DNA from: a virus
Taxonomy: Duplodnaviria; Caudoviricetes
Length of the DNA stretch: 29,055 nt
Direction: 5' to 3' (one strand)
Virus record (IMG/VR): IMGVR_UViG_3300008261_000112
Coordinates: 1-29,055 of that record
Made by a program: the position numbers and the translations under genes. The notes below the pieces were generated by a model. The model searched no databases. It was not told where the DNA came from and saw only the letters and a program-made list of their open reading frames with translations. This document shows positions 7,689 through 22,600 of the stretch, piece after piece (the first letter of the stretch is position 1; each line of letters opens with the position of its first letter).

Positions 7689-10600
7689 ATGGCAGCAAGA
7701 ATTAGAACTTTAAATTTTTTACCTGAAGTATTCAGAACACCTACTAATGCACAATTTTTAGGAGCCACGTTAGACCAAATCGTAGATCAGCCAAATACAA
7801 TGCGTATTCAGGGCTATATTGGTAGTAGATTTGGTTATGGTATTAATGCTAAAGACAACTACGTAGTCGAACCTACTAAAACACGCACAGACTATCAATT
7901 AGATCCGGGTGTTGTATTTACTAAAACAAATACTTCCACTGCCACTGACTTTGTTACCTATCCCGGTATTATTGATGCATTAAAATTAAACGGCGGTGTT
8001 ACTAATAATAACGATAGGTTATTCAATAGTCAATTCTATTCTTGGGATCCATTTGTAGACTTAGACAAATTAATCAACTTTAACCAATACTACTGGTTAC
8101 CACAAGGCGCACCTGCTGTAACAATTGCAACCGACATTGTTTATAATGCACAAGATTATACAGTAATTGATGACCCTAATGCGTATATTATTTCTAGTAA
8201 TATAAACCCTGATGGTTCAGCTAACCCAACACTAACACTAATACGCGGTGGTACATACTCGTTTACTGTAAATCAAGATAGTCCATTCTGGATTCAAGGT
8301 CAACCGGGTATTACTGGATATGACCCAAATCAACCTAACTTACTAACACGTGATGTATTGGGAGTTAGTAATAATGGTGCTGAAAATGGTGTTGTAGAAT
8401 TTACTGTGCCATATAAAAACGCACAAGACGAATACAATTTTCCCGGAGACACCCGTGTTGACGTAGTTTCTTCTGCACCTTTTGATAGTATTGAAGGACA
8501 ACTATTAAGTGATGTTGTTGACATTGATGGAGTGACAGCACTTGAAGGCTTAACTGTTATGTTCTACAATACTGGTGTTGTCAATGAACAAGGATTTATT
8601 GGTCAGTATTATGATACTACTACATGGGATGAAGAAACATCAAGTTCAGGAACACAAACAGTTACCGCTATTGTTACAGCCGGCAGTTTTGTAATAGGAA
8701 ATACATATACTATTGTAACACTTGGGACAACTGATTTTACTTTAATCGGTGCATCAAGTAACACTGTAGGTGTTGTGTTTACTGCAACAGGATCTGGCTC
8801 TGGAACAGGAACTGCATCTGAGCTAATAACGTTCCCTGTAGGTGGTGCACCTTATGTATTCCCTGGATCAAGTGTTAATGACAACAACTTTGGCGGTGGC
8901 TATTACACAGAAGTTTCAGCAACTTTCTATACAATAACATATGTAGGCGACCCTACAAATCCAGTCATTAAGTTAATACCTGCATCTGGTATCCCTACTA
9001 ATGAAAAGATTACTCCAAATTTTGGTACACAATGGAAAGCACGTAACTTCTATCGAAATGTTCAAGGTGTTATTAACTTAGTTCCATACTTAAGTAGCTT
9101 ATTAGACACATTATATTATCAAGACGGCACTGTACCAAACAAAGTAGGTCTAATTAGATTAATTAATAGTAATATTACTAATCAAATCAATGTACTTGAA
9201 ATTTTAGGTCAACCAAATTATACTGCACCAAACGGTGTAGTATTCACTAATGGATTGAAAGTTACTTTCAACGGTGATATTTTTCCTACTAGTTACAAAA
9301 CAGGTGAATATTATGTACAAGGTGTGGGTACTGCAATTGAATTAATTAATACACAAGATTTAATTGTTCCTGAATCATTTACTGAAGGCACATATAACCC
9401 ATGGGATATATTACCATGGGATATTGGTAACTATGATGTTACATTGTATATTCCAGTGCAACAAGATTATATTACTATTGCTAGAAATAGTATAGATAGA
9501 AATCCATGGAGTCGTAGTAACCGTTGGTTCCACATTGATGTTATCAATGCAACAGCAACGTACAATAATGACCCAAGTATTGCTACCACATACGCAACAC
9601 AAAATAACAAAGCAAAGCGCCCAGTTATTGAGTTTTATCCAAACTTAAAATTGTTTGACAACTGCATTGTTGGTAAACAACCTGTAGATTTTGTTGATGC
9701 AAGAACAACTGATGCATTTACTCAAGTTGCCGGTCAACCTATGTATTACCCTGACGTAGAAGTTTATACGGCTGCAAGTGCTACAGTTAATGGAGTTACA
9801 GGTACGTCTACAACAATAACAATACCAGCAAGTGATGTTGAGCTAGGATCATTTCAAGTAGGACAATTCATCACCGACTCTGATGGTGTAATACCTAGAA
9901 ATGCTCAAATCACTGCAATTACTGGTACAACACTATTAACTATTACAATTGGATGGTCACCGAGTGCAACTATACCATCTGTGACTAATGTATCATTGAT
10001 TGCTAATGATATTTCTAATGATAACTATGCATTGTATGATGGTGCTAGAATTATATTCTCAGTCGATAATAATCCTGATGTTAGAAATAAAATTTATGTT
10101 GTGCGCTTTTCAAACATTTCTGGAGTAACTCCGGTAATAACATTGACAGAAGCCGATGACGGCTTAGTGCTACAAAATGAAGGTACTGTTGCGTACAAAG
10201 GTTATTATAATCAAGGTAAAGATTTTTATTATTATTTTAACAACAACCCTGAAGTATTAGAAAATCAGTGGCAACAAGCACAACAAAAGACAACAGTAAA
10301 TCAAGCACCATTTTTTGATGTGTTTGATGCAGATGGTGTAAGTTTTGGTGACGCTGAAATATATACCGGTTCATCATTCAACGGTAATAAACTATTCAGT
10401 TATGGTATTGGATCGGGAATCAACGACATTGTATTAGGATTCCCACTACGCTATAGTTCTGTTAATAATGTAGGTGATATAAGTTTTGATGTACCACTAA
10501 ATTCTGCAACATTCAATTATGTTCGTGGATCAACACCTATCACACAGCAAGTTAATACAGGTTATGTACACAATTATAGTGATTTAAATACACGCACTAG

Positions 10601-13600
10601 AGCATTGGGTTGGCAAACAGCCGTTGCTGAAAGTCGTCAATATCAAATATTCTCATTTAACTATGTAGGAGGTAGCGGTGTTAATTCTTATACATGTGAT
10701 ATTGCCGCTGCCACAGATACAGTATGGCCTAACATTCAAGTTTATTTAAACAACGTATTACAAGATACAGATACCTACACATATACGATTAACCCAACAA
10801 CCACAGTGGTTAACTTCACCGTACCTAATACAGCGGTTGATACCGTAGTTGAAATTACACTATTGAGTGACCAAGTAAGTAGCACCGCATACTACCAGAT
10901 ACCTAATAATTTACAGAACAATCCGTTCAATACAGATATTACTACTGCTAACGTAGGTGATATTCGTGGTCAATATCAAAGTATTTTCTATAATAATCCA
11001 AATACTACGGGAAATGTATTTGGTGCAAATAATTATCGTGACTTAGGTAATCTTGTACCATGGGGCAATAGAATTATTCAAAATAGTGCGTCATTAGTAT
11101 TGCCCGGCACTTTCTTAAGAAAGCCGGGAGTTAACTTATATGACTCATTGCAGTACAATAGTAATCAATATATCTCATTTAAAACTTTACTAGTTGATAC
11201 AGTTAATCAAACAGAATACAATGTGTATATGAGTCCAGCAACAATGCTAGACGATGCATTGGATCAAATTACAATATCTAAAGTAGATACTGCTCCGTTT
11301 TTCTGGTCAGATATGTTGCCTAGCAAATCACCTTATGCTAGTAATTCATATACTTTTGCAAACTCTTTAGACGTAAGTAGATATCCATTAACTAGAATTT
11401 ATGATTTTGATACTGCAAACTATTATGGTGTATTAGTATATCTAACACGCACAGTAAACGGTTATACTAGTATTACTCAATTAGTTAGTGGAGTTGATTA
11501 CAATATCAGTACAACAAGTCCAGCATTGACTGTCGAGACTGATTTGTTACCGGGTGACATTATCACCGTCAATGAGTACTATCAGACTTATGGAAGTTAT
11601 GTTCCAAATACTCCTACTAAGTTAGGTTTGTATCCTTCATTTATTCCTGAAGTAGTGTTAGATGAAAATTATACTAACCCTACATATTTTATTCGTGGAC
11701 ATGATGGTTCTTATACAAAGTTGTACGGTGATTATATCGATGGTAATCTAATAGACTTTAGAGATAAAGTTTTACTTGAGTTTGAAACACGTATCTATAA
11801 TAATTTAAAATTAAGCAACATTATTCCTGTAAGAGATTATGATGTTGTTCCTGGATTCTTTAGAACAACAGATTATTCTTACGATGAGTTCTTAACAATC
11901 TACAGTCAGTTTTTCTTAAATTGGGTTGGACAGAATCGTGTTGAGTATAAACAGCAAGTAGGTTATACCCCTACAAACGAATTCTCATACAACTATAGTC
12001 AATCTGGTAATAAGATAAACAATGCTCAGATTCAACAAGGTTATTGGAGAGGTATATATCAATACTTCTATGATACATCACAACCTGATGTAGCTCCTTG
12101 GGAAATGATTGGACTTACAAGTCAACCTACATGGTGGACAACACGTTACGGCCCTGCACCATACACAAGTGATAACTTAGTATTGTGGGGAGATTTAGCC
12201 GCCGGTATTAATTGGAACAACGGTGACCCAATTGTAGTGACACAATGTATCAGACCAGAGTTATTACAAGTATTGCCAGTTGACAGTGAAGGTAATTTAG
12301 TATCACCATTTGTTGCTGTTGTAGGTAACTATGATGGCAGAAGCTTCCGTAATGATTGGAAAGTCGGTGACGTTGCATCTACTGAATTTGCATACCGCAG
12401 AAGCAGTTCTTGGCCTTTTGATTTAATGAAGATATTAGCGTTGACCAAACCTGCTAATTTCTACAACTTGGGTGTTGATGTTGACAACTACAAATACAAT
12501 GAAGAATTCAATCAATTCTTAGTTAATGATAGAAGCCATTTAATAATTTCAGATGTTGAAATTTATGGTAGTGGTACAGCAAAGACAAGTTACATTAACT
12601 GGATTGTTGACTACGAAAAACAAGTTGGCATCGACTCAACACAAACAACAACAGATTTGTTAGATAACCTAGATGTACGTTTGATATACCGTGTTGCTGG
12701 CTTTACAGATAAAGCTCTTATCAACTTCTATGTTGAGAAGGGTTCCCCTAACAGTAATAATGCATCATTGTTAATTCCTACTGAAAGTTTGGATGTATTG
12801 TTATATGACAATATCCCATTCAACAAAATTATATACAGTGGTATCATTGTACAAAATGTAGGTAGTGGATGGAAGGTGTATGGTAACTCACAGACTAAAG
12901 CATACTTCACAATAAGTAAACCAAAGATTAATGGCAATTATAACTTAGTGACAGTTGAAGGTGAATCAGTACAAGTTGCTAAAGATTATTTTGAGAATAC
13001 CGAAATACTAGTTCCGTACGGCACTGAGTTTGTTTCTAAGCAAGACTTAGCACAATTCATTGCTAGTTACGGTAATTACTTAGCAACGCAGGGTGTATTG
13101 TTTGACCAAATTGAATCTGGTTTAGATATTAACTGGAATCAGATGGTTGCAGAATACTTGTATTGGACTCAATCTGGTTGGAGTCAAGGTAGTTTAATTA
13201 ACTTAAATCCGGCTGCTAACTTGATTACGATTCAGAAAGATAGTTGTGTTGTTCAACCATTGACATTACAACGTCAAAATTTTGTATTAAACCAAAACTT
13301 GTATCCTATTCAAGCAGTTGATTTAGCAGTTGTACGTGATGATACGTTATTTTCTGCTAGACCCTTGAATCAAGGTGATACAGTTGCATATGGTCAATTT
13401 AACATTAGTAACTTTGAGCATGGTGTTGTATTCAACAACGTTACATTGTTTAATGATGTGATTTATAATTTGATTACTGGTCTACGTCAGAATCGTATCA
13501 CTACACGTGGTACAAAAACTGCTGACTGGAATGGTACAATCGATACTCAAGGCTTCATACTTAACCAAGACAATATACAAGAGTGGAACAACATCACTAA

Positions 13601-16600
13601 GTATACCAAAGGTGCTATTGTAAAATATAAAAACAAGTATTGGGTCTCATTAAGAGTATTAGAACCAAGTATGACATTCGATGGTAGATACTGGAAAGAA
13701 ACAGACTACGATGAAGTTCAAAAGGGATTGTTACCTAACCCTAGTACACGTAGTTTTGAGAGTACATTGTATTACAATACAAACACTCCTAACTTAAGTA
13801 AAGATGCAGATTTGTTGAGCTGGTCATTGATTGGATATCGCCCACGTGATTATATGGCTCTTGCTGACTTAACTGACATTACTCAAATTAACGTTTATCA
13901 GAATTTGATTAAAGAAAAAGGCACAAGAATTGCTACTGAAAACTTCAAGGGCATTATTTTACCACAGGGTGGTATTGACTATGATGTATATGAAAATTGG
14001 GCAATCAAGACCGGTGAGTTCGGCGGTGTACTAGATAACAACTTTATTGATTTTAGATTAAATCAAAATCAATTAACAGGTAACCCGTCAATTGTTGGAT
14101 TGACAACAGGTACATTTACAAATGGTGTACAACAAGAAGTACCACTATATTCTGTATTCAATTATGGAAGACCTATTACTAACCCTAATATACTACCAAC
14201 ATTGCCTGCAAATACTCCTAACAAATTATACCCTGATGCAGGCTATGTTAACTTCAATGATATTACAACATTTGCTTATTACTACAATGATTTGAATCTT
14301 GCACAGACACCTTTATCACAATTATATGTGGGTCAATATGTTTGGGTCGCTGACTTTAATGGTACATGGCAAGTGTACACTCCCATTGCCAATGGTAACA
14401 TAATTCAAGTGTTGAATAACTTGAATGGTACAGTAACATTAGAATTTGCACAACCACATGGATTAACAAAATATCAAACTATTGCAATCATTAATTTTAA
14501 CGATGCAGTTAACGGTTATAGAATTGTACAGGCAGTTGTTGACAACTACAGAGTTACTATAGCATTGTCATTAGTTTCTACTATAACAAGATTGACTAGT
14601 ACCAATAGTATTGTAATGCGATTCCAATCACAAAGAGTAACACAACCCAGTGATATTATCAACTTGCCATTACTAAACACTGAGTTTGTTAAGAACAAAG
14701 TATGGGTAGATACTGGTACTAGTGGTGATTGGGAAGTATACCGTAAGAGTATTAACTATAACCTTGATTTAGAGTTATTAAAAACTAACTCAGAAACATT
14801 TGGTAGCGCAGTTGCAACTACAAGTGATTTAGGTTACTTAGTAGGTGATGCTGATTTGGGTATAGCATATAGATATACATTCAACCCTGTGTTCAAGCGT
14901 TACGACTTAGTACAGACTTTATTCTCATCTACGCCTGCAGTAGGATCGTTTGTTATTGGAAACAATTATCAAATTGTATCATTGGGTAGCACTGATTTTG
15001 TGGCGCTAGGTGCTACTTCAAATATAGTAGGAACTAGATTCACAGCAACAGGTACTGGATCATTCGTTGCAGGGTCATTTGTTATAGGTAAAGAATACAC
15101 TATTACTAGTGTTGGTACAACTAATTTTACATTGATTGGAGCAACTGCTAATACAGTTGGAATAACCTTTACTGCAACTGGAGTAGGATCCGGAACTGGT
15201 ACTGCGGTACAAGGTGCTGGCACTGCTGGGTTATTCAAAGTATCGTTTGGAGCATCAATTGGATATGCAGGGTCAACGTTTGCTATAAGTCAACCAACAG
15301 GCGTATTGCTTGCCGATAGAAAAGTTAAAGTTTATAACTTAGTAATCAACACAACATTCAATGAGCTACAAGTATTGCAAACAATTTCAGCTCCTACAGG
15401 TGTAACAAACTGGGGAACTAAAACAGAATTTTCAGGTGATGAAAATTGGTTGTTCATTAGTGCATATGAGCAAAATGCATTCTATGTATATCGTAAATCT
15501 CAAGCTACGGGCTTGTATGAATATAGCAATATTATTACCCTGGGTGGTTTAGCGATAGGGGATAACTTCTCATTCTCATTAGCAACTAATTATTATGGTA
15601 ACACAATAGTAGCTGGTGCCCCTGGAGTAGATACAGGTATTATTAACAACACGGGCACATCTTACATATTTGAACGTGTAATGCAAAATTTCGAAGTGCA
15701 ATTTACTAGTCAAGTACTTGTACCACAATTTTTTAACTTAACGTTTACTCCCGGTACTAGAACATTTACTGGAACTAATATTACAAGCAACGCTATTACA
15801 TTAAACAGTGTAGCTGGATTGAGCCTTAACATGCCAGTCATATTTACTGGGTCAGTGTTTGGTGGATTAGCGATAGATCGAGTTTACTATATTAAAACTA
15901 TTGTAGGTTCTACCATAACATTGTCATTAACAATTGGTGGATCAACTTTACCATTAACAACTGGTTCCGGCTCAATGACAATGGTTGCACAGTCTGAACC
16001 ATTGTTTGTCTCTGTAAATGGAACATTAATTGACACTAATAATTATGCTGTGATTGGATCTACATTAAATGTATATCAATCATTAAATGTAGGCGATATA
16101 TTGACAGTCAGTGGTTCTACTTTTGTATTGATACAGCAATTTACTGCGACCGGTGCTGTTACAATTGGTGAACAGTATGGTTATAGCGCAGATTTAGACA
16201 CATATGGAAATGAGCTATTAATTGGTTCACCTTTCCAAATTAATTCAGAAAGCAAAGAAGGTACAATCTATCGCTATACGGACGGTGGCGGCAGTTATGG
16301 TATTATTACTGGCACAATCAATTGTCAAGTTGGTAACCCAACAACTATTTTATTGAATGGTTATGCTGTTGCTATTCCTGTAGGTAATGCATCAGTTGTT
16401 GCAGCCGCTATAGAGGCAGCAAACATTACTAACATAACTGCAACAGCAATAGATAATAAACTTGTTATATCTTTGATTAACATAGAATTAGCAACAATTA
16501 ACGATAAGTTAGATATTGTTGTACTAAATGCTAATGTATTGTATCAGTTAGGTATTTCAAAATATACACTAACACAAGTGATTACAGACCCGCATCCTGC

Positions 16601-19600
16601 AACCAGAACTCAGTTTGGTACTGTAATCAAATTTAATGACAATGGTTCATTTGTAGCTAGTGCTCCTGTAGCACCTCGTTATGAAGCAACTACATTTGAT
16701 TCATCTGACGATGACAATTATAATAATGATACATTGTTTGACAACAATACAACTCAATTTGTAGATACATTAGTAAATGCCGGTGCTGTTTATATGTTTG
16801 ACTATGCAGAAAACTATAACGAAAATTTATTAAATGTTGGCCAGTATATCTATGCTCAAAGTGTAAACGCACTAAACAGTAATTACGGTGCTCAACCATA
16901 CTATGGCACGGCAGTAGATTTTAATGACAATACTGTTGTAGTTGGTACGCCAGGATTTAGACCTGGATACGAAAACGGTCAAGTAATAATTTATACAAAT
17001 CCTTCTGGTCAAGCAGATTGGTCAGTATTCCGTCAGCCTGAAACAGCAGTAAATGTTAATGGAATCACGAATGCACAATTATACAGTGCATCAACTAATA
17101 ATACACTAATCAATTTAGATTACATTGATCCGTTACAAGGTAAAATACTAGGCGTAGTTGCAGAAAACTTAGACATTGTTTCTAACGCAGACCCTGCATC
17201 ATACAATAGTCCTAACACAACTATATCTGGCTCTGCCGTTTGGGGCACTAAACAGTTAGGTAAGTTATGGTTTAATACAAGTACAACAAAGTTTGTTAAC
17301 TATCATCAGTATGATGATGTAGTTTATAATAGTAAATGGTGGGGTCGTGTATTTCCAGGAAGTCAAGTTACAATATATAGTTGGATTACCAGTAATGTGG
17401 TTCCTGCAGAATACACAGGTCCAGGTACACCATTAACCTTAACAGACTACTCAGTTGAGTATGTGTTGAACTCTACCGGTGCAATCACCCCTGTATACTT
17501 CTTCTGGGCAAGAAATACTAACATCATCTTTAATCAGATAGGTAAAACACTAAGCGATACTATTTGTGAGTCATATATTAGTGCTCCTCAAGCATCAGGT
17601 ATTGCATACTTTGCACCTATTCAATCTAATGTAATGGGATTGTACAACACCAGTGAATACGTTAATGATACTGATACAGTAATGCATATTGGATTTGCAA
17701 CTGGAACAAATGAAGATGATTCACATAGCATTTACAGTTTAATTCGTGCAAATTATCCAGATGATTTCTTACCTGGATTACCTGCATTGACAAGTCTACC
17801 TCCTTTATCATTGTATGATAGAATGCTAGACAGCATGAGTGGTGTTGATGAATCAGGTGCTATTGTTCCTGACCCATACTTACCTAAGCCAGTGCAAAGT
17901 GGTGTATTAGTACGTCCTCGTCAAAGCTTCTTCTATTCACGTTTTGGTGCACTAAAGAATTATCTAACACTTGCTAACCAAGAATTAGCAAAGATTCCAT
18001 TCACAGAAACACAATCTAGTAAGTTCTTATATACAACTGGACCTATCAATCCAAGTACAGGACTTCCATTCTATGAAACAACAGACTATTGGGATCCCGT
18101 AAATTGGTGGGCAACTGGATATAACGATAATACAAAATCTGCTGTTCTAGTAGAGTCATATTATCAACTAGCAACTATCAATGCACAAAATGGTTTGATT
18201 GTTACTGTTAATAAGAACGGTGCTGGTTTCCAAGAGACATATCGTTATGATAGCGGATTAGATACATGGGAACGCATTGGATTACAAGATGGTACTATTC
18301 AATTTAAAACTGACCTATGGGATTATGAATCGGCGCGATTAGGCTTTGGTGATAATTTCTTTGATACAACACCTTTCGATACTTACCCAAGTGAAGAAAC
18401 ACGTAGTATCACACGATTCTTAAATGAAGAATTACCTAGCGAAATATTTGCATTTAGAAATCAAGGATTGATTTTATTATTCAACTATATTATAAGTGAG
18501 ACAATTGAATCACAGAACTATCTACCATGGTTAAACAAGACTTCATTTATTGATGTCGCACACACGATACGTGAATTGCTTCCACTAGAAGTATTCCAAA
18601 GTGATAACCAAGAATTCTTAGCTGGTTATATTAATGAAATAAAACCTTATCACGTAGTTGTTAAAGATTTCTTATTCAAATATACCGGTGTTGATGTATG
18701 GGCAGGAGATATTACAGACTTTGATTTACCGGCACAATTCAATACAAATTTACAACAATACATAACACCTGAATTAGTATATGCTAATCCAAGTGGTGAC
18801 AATCAATTTGTACCTACTGATGCTATATGGCAAGACCCTGCATACACTAATTGGTTCAACAATTACGGTGTGAGCATTACTGGTGTCAATGGATATCCTA
18901 TAACAGTATTGTCATCATATTTGACATTGAACAGTAATTCAATGGCAGTTGATAACATATTTGGTTTCCCAATCAATGGGGTAATTAAAGTTTACGATCC
19001 TACTGATCCAGAAACAGATTTGAGCAAGAAAGCATTTGAATTAATTGCCTACTCAAGTGTTGATAGAGCATATGGAACATTGAATGGATTAACACGTGGT
19101 GTAAATGAAACACCTATTTCTAATCACTTACCGGGTCAACAAATCTATATTGATTTACCTGCAGTGTTAGTATTAGATGGTGGTCGTGGATATGCTAATC
19201 CACCGTTAATTACCGCATACATTGATACAACCATCTATCCTGCGCCAAGACGTGAGGCAATATTACAACCAGTGATGAATTTGGATCAATTGTTGCGTGT
19301 TGACGTAGTAGATCCAGGTGACGGATATGTCGTATTACCGCAGATAATTATTGAGCCTAGCTCAATTATTACTTTTGCAAGTATTGATGTGGATATTGTT
19401 AATAATACAATAACTGTACAAAATCAATTAGTACAAACTGGTGATCTAGTTCGTTATTATACAGGAAGTGATACTACAGCAATAAACGGAGTAAAAGAAG
19501 GACAGTATTACTACGTTGGTGTATTAGAAAATGTACCTACATACGTAGTTGCATTGTACACAACTTATGCTGATGCATTGCAAGACCATGATAGAGTAAT

Positions 19601-22600
19601 ATTCTTGAGTACGGGTTCTGGTACAAATAATAATTTAGCTATCAGTGCTAGAGCAAGTTGTGTAACTAGCTCAAGACCAATACGTGAAAATATCACTACA
19701 TTGCGTTACGATAGAACTACATATGATTCTCAAGTAACAGAATGGGCTCAGGGTAATTTCTATGGCAGTTTCTATGCAGGATCTTTCCAAAATACGGAGC
19801 AAATTGCAAGTTCGTCAATTCAAATTGCTGATCCTCAATGGGGATATCAGCCACCAATTGATTCTATTTTAGCAAGTGCTCAGGGCGCAACTTTTGAAAT
19901 TCAAAATATTAGAAATAATGAAGTAATAGAATGGTCATCACGTACTAGAATTGTTACATCTACTGCGTCAGGCACTGACTTAATAACTATTGAACCTAGC
20001 ATTGGTGGAACACCGGATGAGGGATTTGTAGGACCTACTACTGGCTTCTATGTTGGCATGCCAATTAAATTTGTAGGCGCCGCATTTGGTAATTTAGCAG
20101 TCAATACAGTTTATTACGTAAAAGAAATAGTAAGCCTGACTCGGTTCAGTATTAGTGCGACAGTTGGAGGTCCAGCATTAGCGTTATCAAATGCTACAAC
20201 TACTGCAGGATTAGATGCAATCATAGGTGAAGTTACAAATACAGCAGTAGTTACTATTCAATATCCAGGCATATTAACTGCAACAGCAACTGCAAAGACA
20301 ACTAACTTTGTAACAATTCCGTTAAACCCAAGTGGCATATGTGGAACTACTGGGTTCTATACAGGATTACCAATCTTCTTTACAGGTAATGTATTTGGCG
20401 GTGTCATTGAGAATGAAAATTATTATGTAACCACAGTGATTGATGACCAAACGTTTACAATGTCAACGACTAATACTCCTACAATAGTAACAGTTGAAGC
20501 CACAGAAAACTCAGGTGATTACGTTGTATTAAGTGATATTGGTGATTTAGCACTTAATACTCCTATCATCATTACTGGAACAACGTTTGGTGGAATCGTT
20601 GCTGGACAATTATATTATATTGCATCGATTGATTACAGTACAAACAAAGTTACATTGTCTAACACTATTAACGGTGGTGCGATTGCACTAACAACTGCAT
20701 CAGGATCAGCTACGTTAACAAGTCAAGCAGAAGTAGTTCAACTAACAAATGCTACTGGAACAATGACATGTAATGTTGGTTTACCAATCAGTCCAGGACA
20801 AATTACAGGGCAAGCATTTACATTCTACAACACATCAGGTGAATTCACTAACAGTGGTTCTGGGTACTCAGGTACGAATAGTAATTTGATTACTAGAAGT
20901 ACAGTTGCAACTGTTGCTACTTCAAATTATTTGTATTTAAACGCATTATCAGGTGGCTCAACTAGCATGTATGTTAATATGCCATTCAGATTATCTACGG
21001 CAATTGGTGGATTGTCTACCGGTACTACCTATTACGTCAAGTCTATGGGTAATATTGTATTAAATGTTATTAGTTCAGTTGGAGGTACTACAGATGAATA
21101 TACATGTTCAAGTACTACAGGGTTCTATGCAGGCATGCCAATATCATTTACCGGCGGTGTCTTTGGTGGAGTTGTTGAATTAGTAACATATTATGTAAAG
21201 ACTGTTGCAAGTTCAACTAGCTTTACTATAAGTGAAACACCCGGCGGTGCAACATTTAATTTGTCAAGTGATACTGGATTAATGACATTGACTGCGGATA
21301 ATCCATACATAACAGTTAGTACATCTGCTGGCGGTAGTGTCGTAGCATTGACTAATAATTTCTCAGCATCATCTACACTAACGCAATATCCAACAGCAGT
21401 TCCAACATTCTTTATCAGTTATGTTTTAGGTGGATACTCTGTAGTGATTAATACATCAGGTACAGGTTTTGCATATAATAATAACATTACTATTGCAGGT
21501 TCAAATGTTGGCGGCACTACTGGAATAAACGATATTGTAATCAATGTTAGTGGTATAAATGCTACTGGTGGTATAACATCTACTATTGTTTCAGGTACTC
21601 CACCTGGATTGACAGAGCAGTATTACTTAAAGGTTATCAGCCCAACTGAGCTAGAAGTTTACGCTAACCCATTGTTGACAGTACCCGTTAATGGTAACAC
21701 ATTGGGTGCAATATACACAGGTGTTAAATCAACAACAGTAACAGGTGTTACAGCATCTAACGACCAATTGACAGTTACAAGTTCTGCTGACTTTGAATTG
21801 AATGATCCTGTAGTGTTCACCGGTGATGTATATAGCGAGTTGACATTAGGTCAGACTTATTATATTAAATCAAAACCATCAGCAACTACAGTTACATTAT
21901 CAACGACAATAGCTGGTGGCACATTGAACTTTACTGGTACAACAACCGGTCTATCATTCACTATGGCTAAGTCAGGTGATTATGTATTCTTACCAGAACC
22001 ATTCTACTTCACTCAAAGCATTGTTCGTTATAACAATAGACTATATCAGTGTATTGTAAGTAACAATGATACCGACTTCATATTAGGTAAGTGGGAGTTA
22101 TTAGACAGTGGCGACAGAAGATTGAATGAGTTGGATCGTATTATTGGATACTATAATCCAACAATTAATATGCCAGGCAGAGATTTGACTCAATTAGTTA
22201 CTGGGATAACTTATCCAGGTTCAGTCTACATGGACAATGCATTCCCTCCTGCTGATGAGTTTATATTAGATACTATACTACAGGATCAACCTTTCTACCC
22301 TACTGAAATCGATAATGTTGCAGTCTTGCATGATGGGTTAAGATATATAGGAGTTTCTAATACTCCAGAATATTCAGCATCTATAACAAGTACATTAGGA
22401 GACGTATGGTCAATTAACAAAATTGCAAATAGTCCCTTAAATACAACTAATATTAGCTTTGCTGAAGGTTGGTATGTAATAACTACTGCCAACTCAGCTA
22501 CTCCAATTTTTATAAGTGCAGACGGTGTCAATTGGATTACTTCAGGTGGCACATATACACCTTACGACTCTACGCCTTATGATACAACTTCATATGATTT

